Of a DNA stretch of 64,000 bases, positions 46,498 through 56,262 are shown in pieces. The first letter of the stretch is position 1; every line of letters begins with the position of its first letter. The notes beneath the pieces were generated by a model. The model saw nothing but the letters and a program-made list of their open reading frames with translations. It searched no databases and was not told the DNA's origin. The position numbers were made by a program, and so were the translations under genes. Location of the stretch: the sequence record OZ240615.1. One strand, written 5' to 3'.

Positions 46498-47128
46498 AGC
46501 TTTTCCCTTTGGTAATCTGATTGAAGTTTCCGATGACGCGACCCGGGACAAACATAGCGTCCTTTGCGGTTTCCCGGAGAACAATACTGAAGATGGTCAT
46601 CAGCTCGTACATCTGCGCCAGCGTCACGGAGTTCGGAACAGTGAAGATCAGGTTTACTGTTTCGGCAGGTAAGTCATTTTCTGCCAGCATTTGACGAAAC
46701 TGATCTTCGAACTCGCTGACGTCCTTTTTATTTTTTACAAAATAGTAAACGTTTTGCGAAAAGACCTGCGCCTGACGAATTTCAATACGCACTTCCGTCA
46801 ACGCCGGCAGACTTTTAATTTCTTCCTGACAAAAAGTTTCGTACGGCGAGTTAAAATTCTGCACCGGAAAAAACTGGTCGTCTGTGTTTGCGACGTTGTC
46901 TTCGAAACATTGGCCGATACGATCAACCATTGCCTTAAAGGGTTCAGTGCGCATCACATCCAGTAAACGTCCTCCCGAAAAACCGGAGTAGTTATTGTCA
47001 ACCAGATCGTCATCGTCCAGCGCCGCTGTGCGAATAAACACAGTCTGGTGCTGAATACCGATTTCACCGGTTCGTGTCGCTTTACCGTAGCTGGTAAGAC
47101 GGTCTGCCATTTTAGTAATATTTTGCAT
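46487..47128 (-). CDS. Hypothetical protein, about 213 aa
   Basis: AGGAG RBS. First gene after the third TATATCAC motif. Confidence 0.75.
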   Translation of the reverse strand: MQNITKMADRLTSYGKATRTGEIGIQHQTVFIRTAALDDDDLVDNNYSGFSGGRLLDVMRTEPFKAMVDRIGQCFEDNVANTDDQFFPVQNFNSPYETFCQEEIKSLPALTEVRIEIRQAQVFSQNVYYFVKNKKDVSEFEDQFRQMLAENDLPAETVNLIFTVPNSVTLAQMYELMTIFSIVLRETAKDAMFVPGRVIGNFNQITKGKSYAF

Positions 47129-47156
47129 TTATGACTCCTGTGTCAGTGGTCTTTGT

Positions 47157-47172
47157 TCAATAAGGTGATATA
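47157..47172 (-). promoter_or_regulatory. Putative early promoter TATATCAC-CT-TATTGA
   Basis: 14/16 match to the other two copies. Lies directly downstream of the sbcC terminator. Confidence 0.6.
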
Positions 47173-47177
47173 TGCAC

Positions 47178-47210
47178 AAAAGAGACTGGAAACGACTTCC
47201 AGTCTTTCTT
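47178..47210 (-). terminator. Intrinsic terminator after sbcC
   Basis: AGACTGGAA-ACGAC-TTCCAGTCT with A-rich and T-rich flanks. Confidence 0.8.
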
Positions 47211-47220
47211 CGTTATTAGA

Positions 47221-49692
47221 CTACGAAAATAAAGCCACGTTGTTCACCCCGTCCTTCGCCTGACGAAAATCAAAATCAATGATATCCGAAAAAGGAAGGG
47301 CGCCATGGGAAACTGCGTGGTGGGAAATTAAAAACACCTGTGAAAATCTTTCATTCTCAACTCCTCGGGTAATGAATTGCATTAAACGAGCTTTGTGTTC
47401 CGGGGAAAGCGGGCGGTCAACTTCATCCAGACAAAGCGGGACATTGTTCAGGTTCAGGTATAACATCGCTGTTATCTGAAAGGCGAAATCAATGATTTTC
47501 ATTTGTCCGTCTGAGCCGGTACGCATATCGGGAACAACATAATCGTCCGAGTCATGTAATCGTAAAGGGAAGTCGTATGAGAGGTCGGTATCGTTCGGTT
47601 TCCCAATCAGTAATTCCATAGGGTGTGTCCAGATCTCGGCAATTACCTCATTTAACTGCGAGATAAAGAGTTTAATAAAACCGTTCATCTGTTCGGCTAC
47701 TACCCCAGACTTCGGCGAAAGCGTGGAAACCAATAACCGGTAACTCTCTACTTTCTTTTTTTGTTTCTCTAGCTGCTTTCGAAGGTCATCAATTTGGTCT
47801 ATCAATGTTTTAGCGTCGTTCAGGGTTTTGGTCAGCGTTCCAATATGTCCTTGTAAGTCCTGTATCAACAGCAGACGCGTTTGATTAAAGAGGTGATCAA
47901 TACCGTCCACCGTATCCGAAACCAGTCTCTCGTAGTTTTGTGTGGCATTATCCACAGCTTCGGCATATTGGTCAGCGTACTTCAATCCTTGTTCCCAGCT
48001 TCGCTGTTCTTCTCGAGCACGAGCCAGTTCATGATAAATCCCTTCCATCCCCTCTTTTACTTTATCATACCGGCTTCTTACCCCTTCAATCCCCGCTACA
48101 ACATTTTCCTGTAACCGAGAAAGTACCAATTGCGCATCCTGCATTTTCTGTTTGGCTCGATAAACCTCCAGACGTTTTTCCAGATCCTCTTTGAGTAATA
48201 ACATGACCTGTACTGCACGTAGCGGTTCGTCTTTCATGGTAACACGACGATCAAGTTCTAAGAATAACGACTGGGCGGCAGGGGCTTGATTACGGAGTCC
48301 CACTAAATTACGGAATTGATTCAGCCAGGTTTCGATATTGTCGATTGCTAAGCGATTATCCTCAATAGCCTTTTCACCCTGACGCAAACTCTCACCGACG
48401 TCGGTCAGTAATTTCATGAGACGGGGTCGGGCATCGGACGAAACTCCGGGGATGAAATGAAATTTACATTGCGGGCAATGAACTTCTTTCCCCTGTTCGA
48501 GATGATGGAGTTGTTCACGGTATTGCGCTTGTTTCGCGGACAAAGCGTTATAGTGGTCTTGAAAGCGTTGACGATTCTTGAGCAACTCTTCGTAATTTTG
48601 TCGGGTGAATTTCCCTTCTGGATCAGGGTTCATCTCTGTCAGTGTCCGAGACCACTCCGGGAAGATCATGCTCAGCTGTTCCAGGGCCATTTCTAACGCA
48701 TTATCATCGATCTCCAGTTCAGGGGCGTAATATTGCTCCTGTGAAGCTACGTGAAATTGTCGTTCCCAATAGTTGACTTCATTACGTAAACGACTGAGGT
48801 TCTCTTCGCTGGCATCAGCGTTTCTTTTCAGTATTAATTCTAATTCGTCATATTCTTCCTGTAACGCTTTCTTACGCGTTTCCATGCCAAAGATATACTC
48901 TTTTAGCTTACTGATGCGTTCGACCCATACAGCGCGATCTGTGGCGTTTAAAGGGGCATCTGGCATAAGCTTGAGCGCAGACTTTATTTGTTCCGGGATT
49001 TGTTGCCACTGATATTGTAAGGCAACTGAGTCTTGTGCGGTATTTTTTGTTTCCCGGTAATCCTTCAGTACCTCAGTGACAATAGACTGATATTCGACCA
49101 GTCGTTCTTTCAACACGCGGTACTCTTCTTCTGAGATACGCTGGGCTTCTTTTTCTGCTAGCGCTTCTTCTAATGCATTGACTGCGCCGGTAGCGTGCGA
49201 TAACTTCTTCCGGGCTTTATGAAAAAGATTATTAGCAAACGACATATCCGAATCGGCTAATGCCGTCAATACCTCTTGTCGTTTTGCACTCCCTGCTGCT
49301 GAAAACGAAAATTGCCCCGACTGAATAAGTGCAGAGAATTTATCGCCGTTAAGGTACTTTTGGACAAGATCCCTTTGAACACTTGCGGTCCCGCCGTCAT
49401 TAAGGTTTTCTCCGTTTAACCAAAATTCGTGTTTAGCATCGGAGCCCACAAGGGTTTTAGTTTCAATAATCCCGTGATCGGTCTCCAGTACCAAGCGAGA
49501 TAAGCCGTTTTTTTCGAAGGCGTTACTTGCAGAAGGAAAGGCGGTGATTTCGTCCAGCAGTGCAGATTTACCGAATCCGTTTGGTCCTACGATAATCTGA
49601 TAAGGACTTTTTGGCTTGTAGAGAATTCTTTCAATTAAGCCTGAACGCAGGCGCTTGTTATGAGAAATCTCGGCCTCAATTACTTTGATCAT
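47221..49692 (-). CDS. sbcC: SbcC/Rad50-like SMC ATPase (phiKZ gp165 type), 823 aa
   Basis: Walker A GPNGFGKS, central zinc hook CPQC within coiled coils, signature SDGQ, Walker B LCLDEVD and H-loop LISHH. Confidence 0.92.
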   Translation of the reverse strand: MIKVIEAEISHNKRLRSGLIERILYKPKSPYQIIVGPNGFGKSALLDEITAFPSASNAFEKNGLSRLVLETDHGIIETKTLVGSDAKHEFWLNGENLNDGGTASVQRDLVQKYLNGDKFSALIQSGQFSFSAAGSAKRQEVLTALADSDMSFANNLFHKARKKLSHATGAVNALEEALAEKEAQRISEEEYRVLKERLVEYQSIVTEVLKDYRETKNTAQDSVALQYQWQQIPEQIKSALKLMPDAPLNATDRAVWVERISKLKEYIFGMETRKKALQEEYDELELILKRNADASEENLSRLRNEVNYWERQFHVASQEQYYAPELEIDDNALEMALEQLSMIFPEWSRTLTEMNPDPEGKFTRQNYEELLKNRQRFQDHYNALSAKQAQYREQLHHLEQGKEVHCPQCKFHFIPGVSSDARPRLMKLLTDVGESLRQGEKAIEDNRLAIDNIETWLNQFRNLVGLRNQAPAAQSLFLELDRRVTMKDEPLRAVQVMLLLKEDLEKRLEVYRAKQKMQDAQLVLSRLQENVVAGIEGVRSRYDKVKEGMEGIYHELARAREEQRSWEQGLKYADQYAEAVDNATQNYERLVSDTVDGIDHLFNQTRLLLIQDLQGHIGTLTKTLNDAKTLIDQIDDLRKQLEKQKKKVESYRLLVSTLSPKSGVVAEQMNGFIKLFISQLNEVIAEIWTHPMELLIGKPNDTDLSYDFPLRLHDSDDYVVPDMRTGSDGQMKIIDFAFQITAMLYLNLNNVPLCLDEVDRPLSPEHKARLMQFITRGVENERFSQVFLISHHAVSHGALPFSDIIDFDFRQAKDGVNNVALFS

Positions 49693-49770
49693 TTTTATCC
49701 CTTGTTTCGCCGGAATTATTTGTCTATTGGAATAGGCCGGAAAGTGAAAAAATAAAAGGAGAACACTTTT

Positions 49771-50760
49771 GTGAATACCGATGACATTGTTGAACGGACG
49801 TACGGAATTGTTGCTGAAAACAAAGTTTTAGGCCAAAATAATATTTTGGTTTGGCCACACCAAAAGACACCGTGGATGCAAGGCGACGTACAAAGCCAAA
49901 TGCAAAAGGTGACGGTGAAAACCGTTGACGGTAACGGAAAGAAAGTGGAAGGCGCGGCGGTGACGAGTACTGCTGTTGAGGCACGATGGCGCCCGACTGA
50001 CAGCAACTGGAACACAGCACCTGACGTTCAACGTGGTGAGGTCGTTGAGCTTATTCGTTACGCGGACATGAATACCTACTTCTGGCGCGAACGAGGAGAC
50101 GGTTCTGTAGCCCGGCGATTAGAAACTAAACGTCTTTTAGTTTCTGCTAATCAAACTGCCGGCGAACCTAACCCTGATACCCATTACATGATCGAAATCT
50201 CAGGTCATACCGGTGCTATCAATATCTCAACGTCCAAAGCTAACGGTGAAGTAAGTAGTTATCACATCACGTTGAATGGGAAAGGTGGTGCAATTAGCCT
50301 TGGTGATTCCGACGGGCAAGAAATATTCCTTGAGACGTCAACGAAAACCATTCGCGCCAGAAACTCCTCAGGTACATTAGTAGAAATAAATGATAAAGAC
50401 TTAGGACTCTACTGCTTAGAGAATTTAGTAGCAGCAGGAAAAGAAAACATTATCATGCAAGCTAAAAACGTTACGGTGCAGGCCGGTGAAACCCTTAGAA
50501 TGGACGCGGGGAAAACCATGAGCTTGAGCGCGGGTGAGCGCCACGATACTACTGCGCCCATTATTGCGTTGAACGGTGCCATTCAACTTAACGGACCAAT
50601 TTCGCAGGTATCTACTGACACCAACTATGACGCGACGTTACAAGGGACATTGCGCGTAGTAACAGATGTTATTGGTGGTAATGTGAGTCTGGTTAATCAC
50701 CCTCACAGCGGTGTGCAAAAAGGTAATGACAATACCGGTAAACCTGTTGTCACTGGGTAA
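49771..50760 (+). CDS. Baseplate central spike (phiKZ gp164 / P2 gpV-like), 329 aa
   Basis: OB-fold-like N-terminus (TAPDVQRGEVVEL), beta-helix-like repeats and the C-terminal HxH apex SLVNHPHSGV...TGKP. Confidence 0.85.
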   Translation: MNTDDIVERTYGIVAENKVLGQNNILVWPHQKTPWMQGDVQSQMQKVTVKTVDGNGKKVEGAAVTSTAVEARWRPTDSNWNTAPDVQRGEVVELIRYADMNTYFWRERGDGSVARRLETKRLLVSANQTAGEPNPDTHYMIEISGHTGAINISTSKANGEVSSYHITLNGKGGAISLGDSDGQEIFLETSTKTIRARNSSGTLVEINDKDLGLYCLENLVAAGKENIIMQAKNVTVQAGETLRMDAGKTMSLSAGERHDTTAPIIALNGAIQLNGPISQVSTDTNYDATLQGTLRVVTDVIGGNVSLVNHPHSGVQKGNDNTGKPVVTG

Positions 50761-50762
50761 CA

Positions 50763-50798
50763 AAACAAACAGGGAGGCGTTTGCCTCCCTGTTTGTTT
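50763..50798. terminator. Bidirectional terminator (GTTT loop family)
   Basis: AAACAAACAGGGAGGC-GTTT-GCCTCCCTGTTTGTTT. Confidence 0.9.
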
Positions 50799-50803
50799 AT
50801 TCT

Positions 50804-51334
50804 TTACTCGTAAATGACATCAACTAAAGTGATGGCCTTTAGCCCTTTTCCGTCACCGGAGTCGGAACCGCCACCGTAAGCCCAGACGGTGATTCGCTCC
50901 CCGGCCGCAAAATTGCACGCCAATACAGGAGAACGTTTTACACCGCTTCCTGAAGGCGCTTCCCACGGCCAGTCACTTGGCTGAGTTTGACCAACACCAT
51001 ATTTACCGCCAGAACCGTGCCAACCGCCTTGATATCCCTGAAGCGTGACCTCAATGACCACACCCACTACTCGCTTAACCGTGGGTAGATCCCAGTAAGT
51101 CATCAAGCGAGTGTTTCCCCAAAGGGTACCGCCAATTGACCCGCTACGACCACCAACGTGTTGGCTGTTCCAGTTAACTTGCGGTAGATCGATCTTGTCC
51201 CATAAGGGTCGCCACTGACCAGACAGACAGACCCAAGCGTTATCGATTCGACGCCAGCTACCGCCCATCTTAAGCCAAGGGAGATCGAGACTACGCCACC
51301 CACCGCCAATATCCACTGAAGGCATACTACGCAT
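50804..51334 (-). CDS. Short tail-fibre tip/adhesin-like protein, 176 aa
   Basis: N-terminal GGxWR repeats (GGGWRSL, GGSWRRI, SGQWRPL) and a Gly/Trp-rich C-terminal domain. Follows the fibre genes. Confidence 0.55.
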   Translation of the reverse strand: MRSMPSVDIGGGWRSLDLPWLKMGGSWRRIDNAWVCLSGQWRPLWDKIDLPQVNWNSQHVGGRSGSIGGTLWGNTRLMTYWDLPTVKRVVGVVIEVTLQGYQGGWHGSGGKYGVGQTQPSDWPWEAPSGSGVKRSPVLACNFAAGERITVWAYGGGSDSGDGKGLKAITLVDVIYE

Positions 51335-51349
51335 AACTACATACCTCTC

Positions 51350-52705
51350 TTATAGATATTTCCACCAGATATGCCCGTCGCGATAACCGCTAGTGCTCCC
51401 AGGTGGGTTACTGCCGGAGAAAGTTCGGTAGCCGTCTGTGTAACGTCGAATACTGTACGGCGTAGCAAAGACACTCCCGGCGTTACCATCATAGTTTTCC
51501 TGATCAGTAGCTTCTCGCCAGTTCGGGACACTACCTAATCCGACCTGCGCTTTCGTAACGTTGTGGGGGTTAGACTTATTATTCGCGTGCGAGGCAATAT
51601 TCGGATCGGGTTGGTTCGTGGTATGTACGCGACCCATCGAGGTGTTGTCAACCTGCGCTAAAATTTGCGTGCCGTCCCACCCAATACGGATCGTGTTGGT
51701 TAACATATTGGTACCGCCACCACGAATTACCTGCGCATTATTCGTCACGTTCCCTAATCCGACTTGGGCAGCGGTGGTGTTATGCGGGTTAGAGGTGTTT
51801 TGCACGTGGCTTGTGATTACCGGGGTAACATTGGTGCTCACGTATTTGCTAATTTGTTGCATTCCCCTTAATGGGGTCATGACAACGTTAAGGGCAGTTC
51901 CGTCTTCCGCTTCTGTCTGAGTTGCCGGGCGATAGTTTTCAACTGCCCCTAAACCGACTTGTGCCTTCGTAACCTTGTGTGGGTTGGAAACGTCCTCGGT
52001 ATGCGTTGTCAGATTATTTTGCACCGCATTAACACTATTGATCACGCCATCAATACGATTGTCTAAACGTTCGATCTCTGCGTACAGATCGGTATCGGTC
52101 TGACGCAACGAATCTAGCGTTTCATCGAGATACGCCTTGATACGATCGATGTAATTGTAAAGGACATCGTGAGAAGAAACGTCGCCAGTATAAGCCGCCT
52201 GTACCAGTTCTTCTAACGCTAACACAACGTACTCAAGACCGTAGAGGTCGGTTGCAGAGTGCAAGTGTTTCGACGGGTTAAACTCAACAGGCTTCCCTAG
52301 AATGGCGTCCCAGGTCACGGCGCGGTTGTCTTGTTGCAGATCCGAAATAAGCTGCACTAAAACATCACGGGCTGTGGTGTAGGGACCACCGACGCATTGA
52401 TACGTTAAATAAACATCGGTGACATTGGCGCTGAGTATCTGAACAATGGTGCAAATAGGTTTACCAATTTCAAGTTCCGCTTCCTGATAAGGATAGAGGA
52501 TTTTGTAATCGGTATTCAGCGTTAGCTCTGCGCCGGTCGCTTGATCAACCACTACCATACTTTTAGTAAAGAAAGCGCCGGCATAGGGCGCAATCGCACG
52601 ATAGACTTCACGGCCTACTGAACGAGCTTCGTTAACAATTTTATTACTGGTCGCTGTCCCTGTGCGGTCCAGGGGATATTTTAATGCCGCAGTACTGACT
52701 GTCAT
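51350..52705 (-). CDS. Tail fibre / baseplate fibre protein with HxxxxxNPHxVTxAQVGLG repeats, 451 aa
   Basis: Three copies of the repeat. The C-terminus is YRDGHIWWKY. Confidence 0.75.
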   Translation of the reverse strand: MTVSTAALKYPLDRTGTATSNKIVNEARSVGREVYRAIAPYAGAFFTKSMVVVDQATGAELTLNTDYKILYPYQEAELEIGKPICTIVQILSANVTDVYLTYQCVGGPYTTARDVLVQLISDLQQDNRAVTWDAILGKPVEFNPSKHLHSATDLYGLEYVVLALEELVQAAYTGDVSSHDVLYNYIDRIKAYLDETLDSLRQTDTDLYAEIERLDNRIDGVINSVNAVQNNLTTHTEDVSNPHKVTKAQVGLGAVENYRPATQTEAEDGTALNVVMTPLRGMQQISKYVSTNVTPVITSHVQNTSNPHNTTAAQVGLGNVTNNAQVIRGGGTNMLTNTIRIGWDGTQILAQVDNTSMGRVHTTNQPDPNIASHANNKSNPHNVTKAQVGLGSVPNWREATDQENYDGNAGSVFATPYSIRRYTDGYRTFSGSNPPGSTSGYRDGHIWWKYL

Positions 52706-52718
52706 TTTAGGACCTCAC

Positions 52719-54950
52719 TTATACTGCAGTCGGTGGATTGATAACGGCGAACCCTGAACTTGAGACAGGAACAAAACTCTCCCCGCTACCCAAGTTACAG
52801 ATCAGACGCCCAACTCTAAGTTCGGCTGGCAGACCACTTAAATCTACCACAGTGTCTACCGCCCAAGCCGACGCACTGTACTTGTAGCTTTGATGACTTA
52901 TGACGTCAACAATGCTGTATGTCAACCCACCGAAGCTCGTTGGTGTAAACACCAGCGCATCCTTACCATTGACAATGAAGCCTGCCATACTTGCGAAGGT
53001 CGTTGGGGTAAAGGTCACGCTACTCACGTTGACCGTGACGGTCGTTGATGCAACGGTCACTGACATTGTGGTCCCGGAAAGGGTACAAGTAACCTGAACA
53101 GAAGCCCCTGTTAGAGCGGCCAAAGCAACGTCGCTACCCGTTGTCCAGACACCCGCAATATAAGTACCTAAATACACGGCACCGTTCTTAAAAAAGATCC
53201 CCGCGTAATTTTCATTACCGTTGCTGTCTTGGTAATAACCAAAGATAAAGCCGGGGATAGACGTACCTGTGGCTACGTCGACATAAGCGCGTTGCGAGTA
53301 GGTTGCTGGAGCGGGCGTGATTAACGCACTCACTTGACTGGCGCTGTGCAGTGGGGAAGTCACAGTACGGAGAGTTGAGCTCCATTCTTTATTAACGCCC
53401 GTCGAGGACCTGGTACTACTGGCCACCAACCCGCCTGCCGGAAAACCGGAAATCAGTTTGGCGATATATGAGGGTTGACAGGAGTAGTTGCGAACCAACA
53501 CATTGCTCGTCAGCGCAGTAGTGACCCCCGCCGGGTCGACATAAGTCTGAGTTGCTGTTCCGGTCTGGTTTTCTGCGGTCGTCGCAAATCCCGCATTAAC
53601 TACATTCCCAAGACCCACATCCCCTGCGGTTAAGTTGGTGCCTTGTTCAATTGCCTGATCGACGTACATTTTCGCCGAATTGGTCCACCAGTAGGCGATG
53701 CCTGCCGGAGTAGTGAACAGATTCGTTGCGGTACCCAGCAAGGTTTGGTCGTTGGTGGCGGTACCGTAGTTACTCACGTTTCCAAGACCGACTTGCGTAG
53801 CAGTGACCTGGTGCGGGTTGTTGTAATCCAGTAAGTGCGCAGCTAAAGGTTGGTCTGTCGAGTTCGTCAACATCAAGTTGGCTAAGTACGGCGTTAAGAG
53901 CGTCGTTTTACTGACGCCTGCCAGGGCCTCTTCTTCTGTCGCCGTTGCATAGTTAGGGACATTCCCTAAACCGACCTGAGTCTTTGTGACGCCGTGAGGG
54001 TTATTGGTATTAGCGGTATGGAATTCCATAATACCCGGCACTAACGCGTTGGCTAAAATACGCCCGCCAGACGGAGTCAATAAGAGGTTATCTGCCACCC
54101 CTGCCGAAGATTCAAGTGAGTTTGCTGTGCGGTAGTTAGGAACTAAATCTAACCCGACTTGTGCTTTAGTAACGCCGTGCGGGTTAGACTGGTCGTCTTC
54201 GTGTTCTTGCAGCATCGGCTGGAAAATAGCCTGGAACTGCTGTGAGGTACGAAGAGACGTCATGTAATAGACGTTGTCTGTCCCGCCTTCTGCTTGTTCT
54301 TTCGAAGCCGGTACTAAGTTACCGAGATCATCGATCCCTAAATCGGCCAGCGTAATATGGTGCGGGTTGTTGTGGTCGGCAATGTGCTCCAGCAGGGATT
54401 GCATTGCTTTATTGAATCCGGCAGTTTGCGAATCGGACAGCGAATAGATGGCCGAGATAACTTCGCTGAAACCTGTCATGTCATCTGCGTCATGACGATG
54501 CGCGATCGGCGGGAATTCGGTCGGTAAATTGACTACAGCACCCCACTGCAATGAACGAGGATCTTGAGCCTTATTTGCCATTAACTGGAGAATACTGTTC
54601 TCATCCAGACAGAATTCACCGCCTAATGTGTGGTAGTCAATTTCAATATTTGCGCTGAGTGATTTGTCATTAAAGACAATAGCGCCATAAACAGGTAATT
54701 GACTCCCGCTGACAATAATTTGGTCAAAACGAAAACCGAAGAAATAATCCACATCGGGTCGTAAAGTTACCCCAGTGGTCTTGTTGCGGCAGACAAAACC
54801 GCGGCGAAAGAACGGGGCGTAACGCGGGACAATAAAGTTAAAGTCCGTTCCGTTAGCCGCCGTTATCGTATGAGCCTCACTTGAGATCTGATTACTGCTA
54901 TTCTCTTGGTAAGGATCGAAGTCATATGGGAATACAATTTCGTCGCTCAT
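52719..54950 (-). CDS. Tail fibre / baseplate fibre protein with NPH...QVGLGNV repeats, about 743 aa
   Basis: Start ATG54950 follows GAGG. Four full or near-full repeats plus one partial. The N-terminus is paralogous to 51350..52705. Confidence 0.75.
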   Translation of the reverse strand: MSDEIVFPYDFDPYQENSSNQISSEAHTITAANGTDFNFIVPRYAPFFRRGFVCRNKTTGVTLRPDVDYFFGFRFDQIIVSGSQLPVYGAIVFNDKSLSANIEIDYHTLGGEFCLDENSILQLMANKAQDPRSLQWGAVVNLPTEFPPIAHRHDADDMTGFSEVISAIYSLSDSQTAGFNKAMQSLLEHIADHNNPHHITLADLGIDDLGNLVPASKEQAEGGTDNVYYMTSLRTSQQFQAIFQPMLQEHEDDQSNPHGVTKAQVGLDLVPNYRTANSLESSAGVADNLLLTPSGGRILANALVPGIMEFHTANTNNPHGVTKTQVGLGNVPNYATATEEEALAGVSKTTLLTPYLANLMLTNSTDQPLAAHLLDYNNPHQVTATQVGLGNVSNYGTATNDQTLLGTATNLFTTPAGIAYWWTNSAKMYVDQAIEQGTNLTAGDVGLGNVVNAGFATTAENQTGTATQTYVDPAGVTTALTSNVLVRNYSCQPSYIAKLISGFPAGGLVASSTRSSTGVNKEWSSTLRTVTSPLHSASQVSALITPAPATYSQRAYVDVATGTSIPGFIFGYYQDSNGNENYAGIFFKNGAVYLGTYIAGVWTTGSDVALAALTGASVQVTCTLSGTTMSVTVASTTVTVNVSSVTFTPTTFASMAGFIVNGKDALVFTPTSFGGLTYSIVDVISHQSYKYSASAWAVDTVVDLSGLPAELRVGRLICNLGSGESFVPVSSSGFAVINPPTAV

Positions 54951-55015
54951 GATTATCCTCAATGTACCATCGGCCGATGGATCAACATACCAATACTCAT
55001 CAAAAAGGACCAGAC

Positions 55016-56260
55016 ATGTATCAGCTTATACAGGCACAGACGCGTACAAAAGGAAGTTTTAATGATTGGGTAAGAACCGACATTGGTGAACAACGGCTTT
55101 TATCTATTTTTACTCTGTACAGCAATGTTCTCGTTTACCTTTACGATGTGACCAATGAGAAGAATGGGTGGTTAGATCTTTATTCTCTTCCGGTGTCCGT
55201 ACGCGACTCCGTAGCCACACTCAACCAATATCTTTCTCTGGCCAGTGGCCTGACCCTCGTTGAGGATGACCCACGCGGTGAACGCGGTGAACGCTACGTA
55301 CGTTTCCTCAACGCGATGGCCTATAAGTTCACCTTCCGAGGGACTAATGCCAACTTCAGTACTGATGAAACATTACTTCCCGACCAACGCGTAGACCTTC
55401 TCTTACAACGAGATGGGATCACCGATTACACCACAATCGTCAATAAGACATTATGGACAGTGAACGGGTTATGTTTTCGGGCATGGCCTATCGATGGCCT
55501 CGGTATCACTCTGAACCACGCCGGGAAATTTGCGTCTAAGTTTAATGATCTTCGCGTCGGGATTCTGGATTTCAGTACAATCGGCGCAGTGAGCACTTAC
55601 CCTATTACGGAAAGTATGATTCAGGGCGGAGGGACAGAACTCCCGTTATCGCGAGGGTTCTTTTTGCGGTCCCCCGAAGCATTGACCGGAAAGTCGGTAG
55701 GGTTAGTCATTGCAGGTAAGTTATATTTATTGGACAAAGAGGTATCTATCACTGGAGAAACTCGCATCCAGGTCCATATGCAAAATATCAACCTGATTAA
55801 CCATTTCTTTGAAACGCACAATTATCTGGACTATTCGGATATTCCATTATCCGAAGACATTAATGAACCAGAACAGGTCGTCGCCAATCAGTTTTTAACG
55901 GATGCGATTATCAAGGCGTTTCTGACCTCCGTTTACTCGTACCTGATTATTATTGACAGCGCGAATCTCGAAAAAGAACATCTGTCGTTAAAACGGACAA
56001 AGATTGACGGAACGTACCTTTCTCCGGGTTCAGTACTCCCTGACCTCCCTGTACAAATAGGGAACGGTTATTTAGCTGAATACACGCTTTGGGAGCAGGA
56101 CGGCTTCTATGCGCTACGATTACCCCATTCCACCATCAACAACTGGTTTTACGAAACCATTCCCATGAACGAACGACAGTTAGTCCAAAATCAACGCTAC
56201 GGCTATCACCCGGTTACTCCGTCTGAGGCTCGGTTTCTACTCATTAAAAAGGTTGCTTAA
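55016..56260 (+). CDS. Virion structural protein, about 414 aa
   Basis: The likely start is ATG55016 after AAGGA. It is divergent from the fibre genes. Confidence 0.6.
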   Translation: MYQLIQAQTRTKGSFNDWVRTDIGEQRLLSIFTLYSNVLVYLYDVTNEKNGWLDLYSLPVSVRDSVATLNQYLSLASGLTLVEDDPRGERGERYVRFLNAMAYKFTFRGTNANFSTDETLLPDQRVDLLLQRDGITDYTTIVNKTLWTVNGLCFRAWPIDGLGITLNHAGKFASKFNDLRVGILDFSTIGAVSTYPITESMIQGGGTELPLSRGFFLRSPEALTGKSVGLVIAGKLYLLDKEVSITGETRIQVHMQNINLINHFFETHNYLDYSDIPLSEDINEPEQVVANQFLTDAIIKAFLTSVYSYLIIIDSANLEKEHLSLKRTKIDGTYLSPGSVLPDLPVQIGNGYLAEYTLWEQDGFYALRLPHSTINNWFYETIPMNERQLVQNQRYGYHPVTPSEARFLLIKKVA

Positions 56261-56262
56261 CC

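Noticed and set aside
51350-54950. Diversity-generating retroelement or invertible segment in the fibre genes
   Set aside because: The repeats are protein-level and diverged at synonymous sites. There is no reverse transcriptase, invertase, template/variable pair or flanking inverted repeat in the window.
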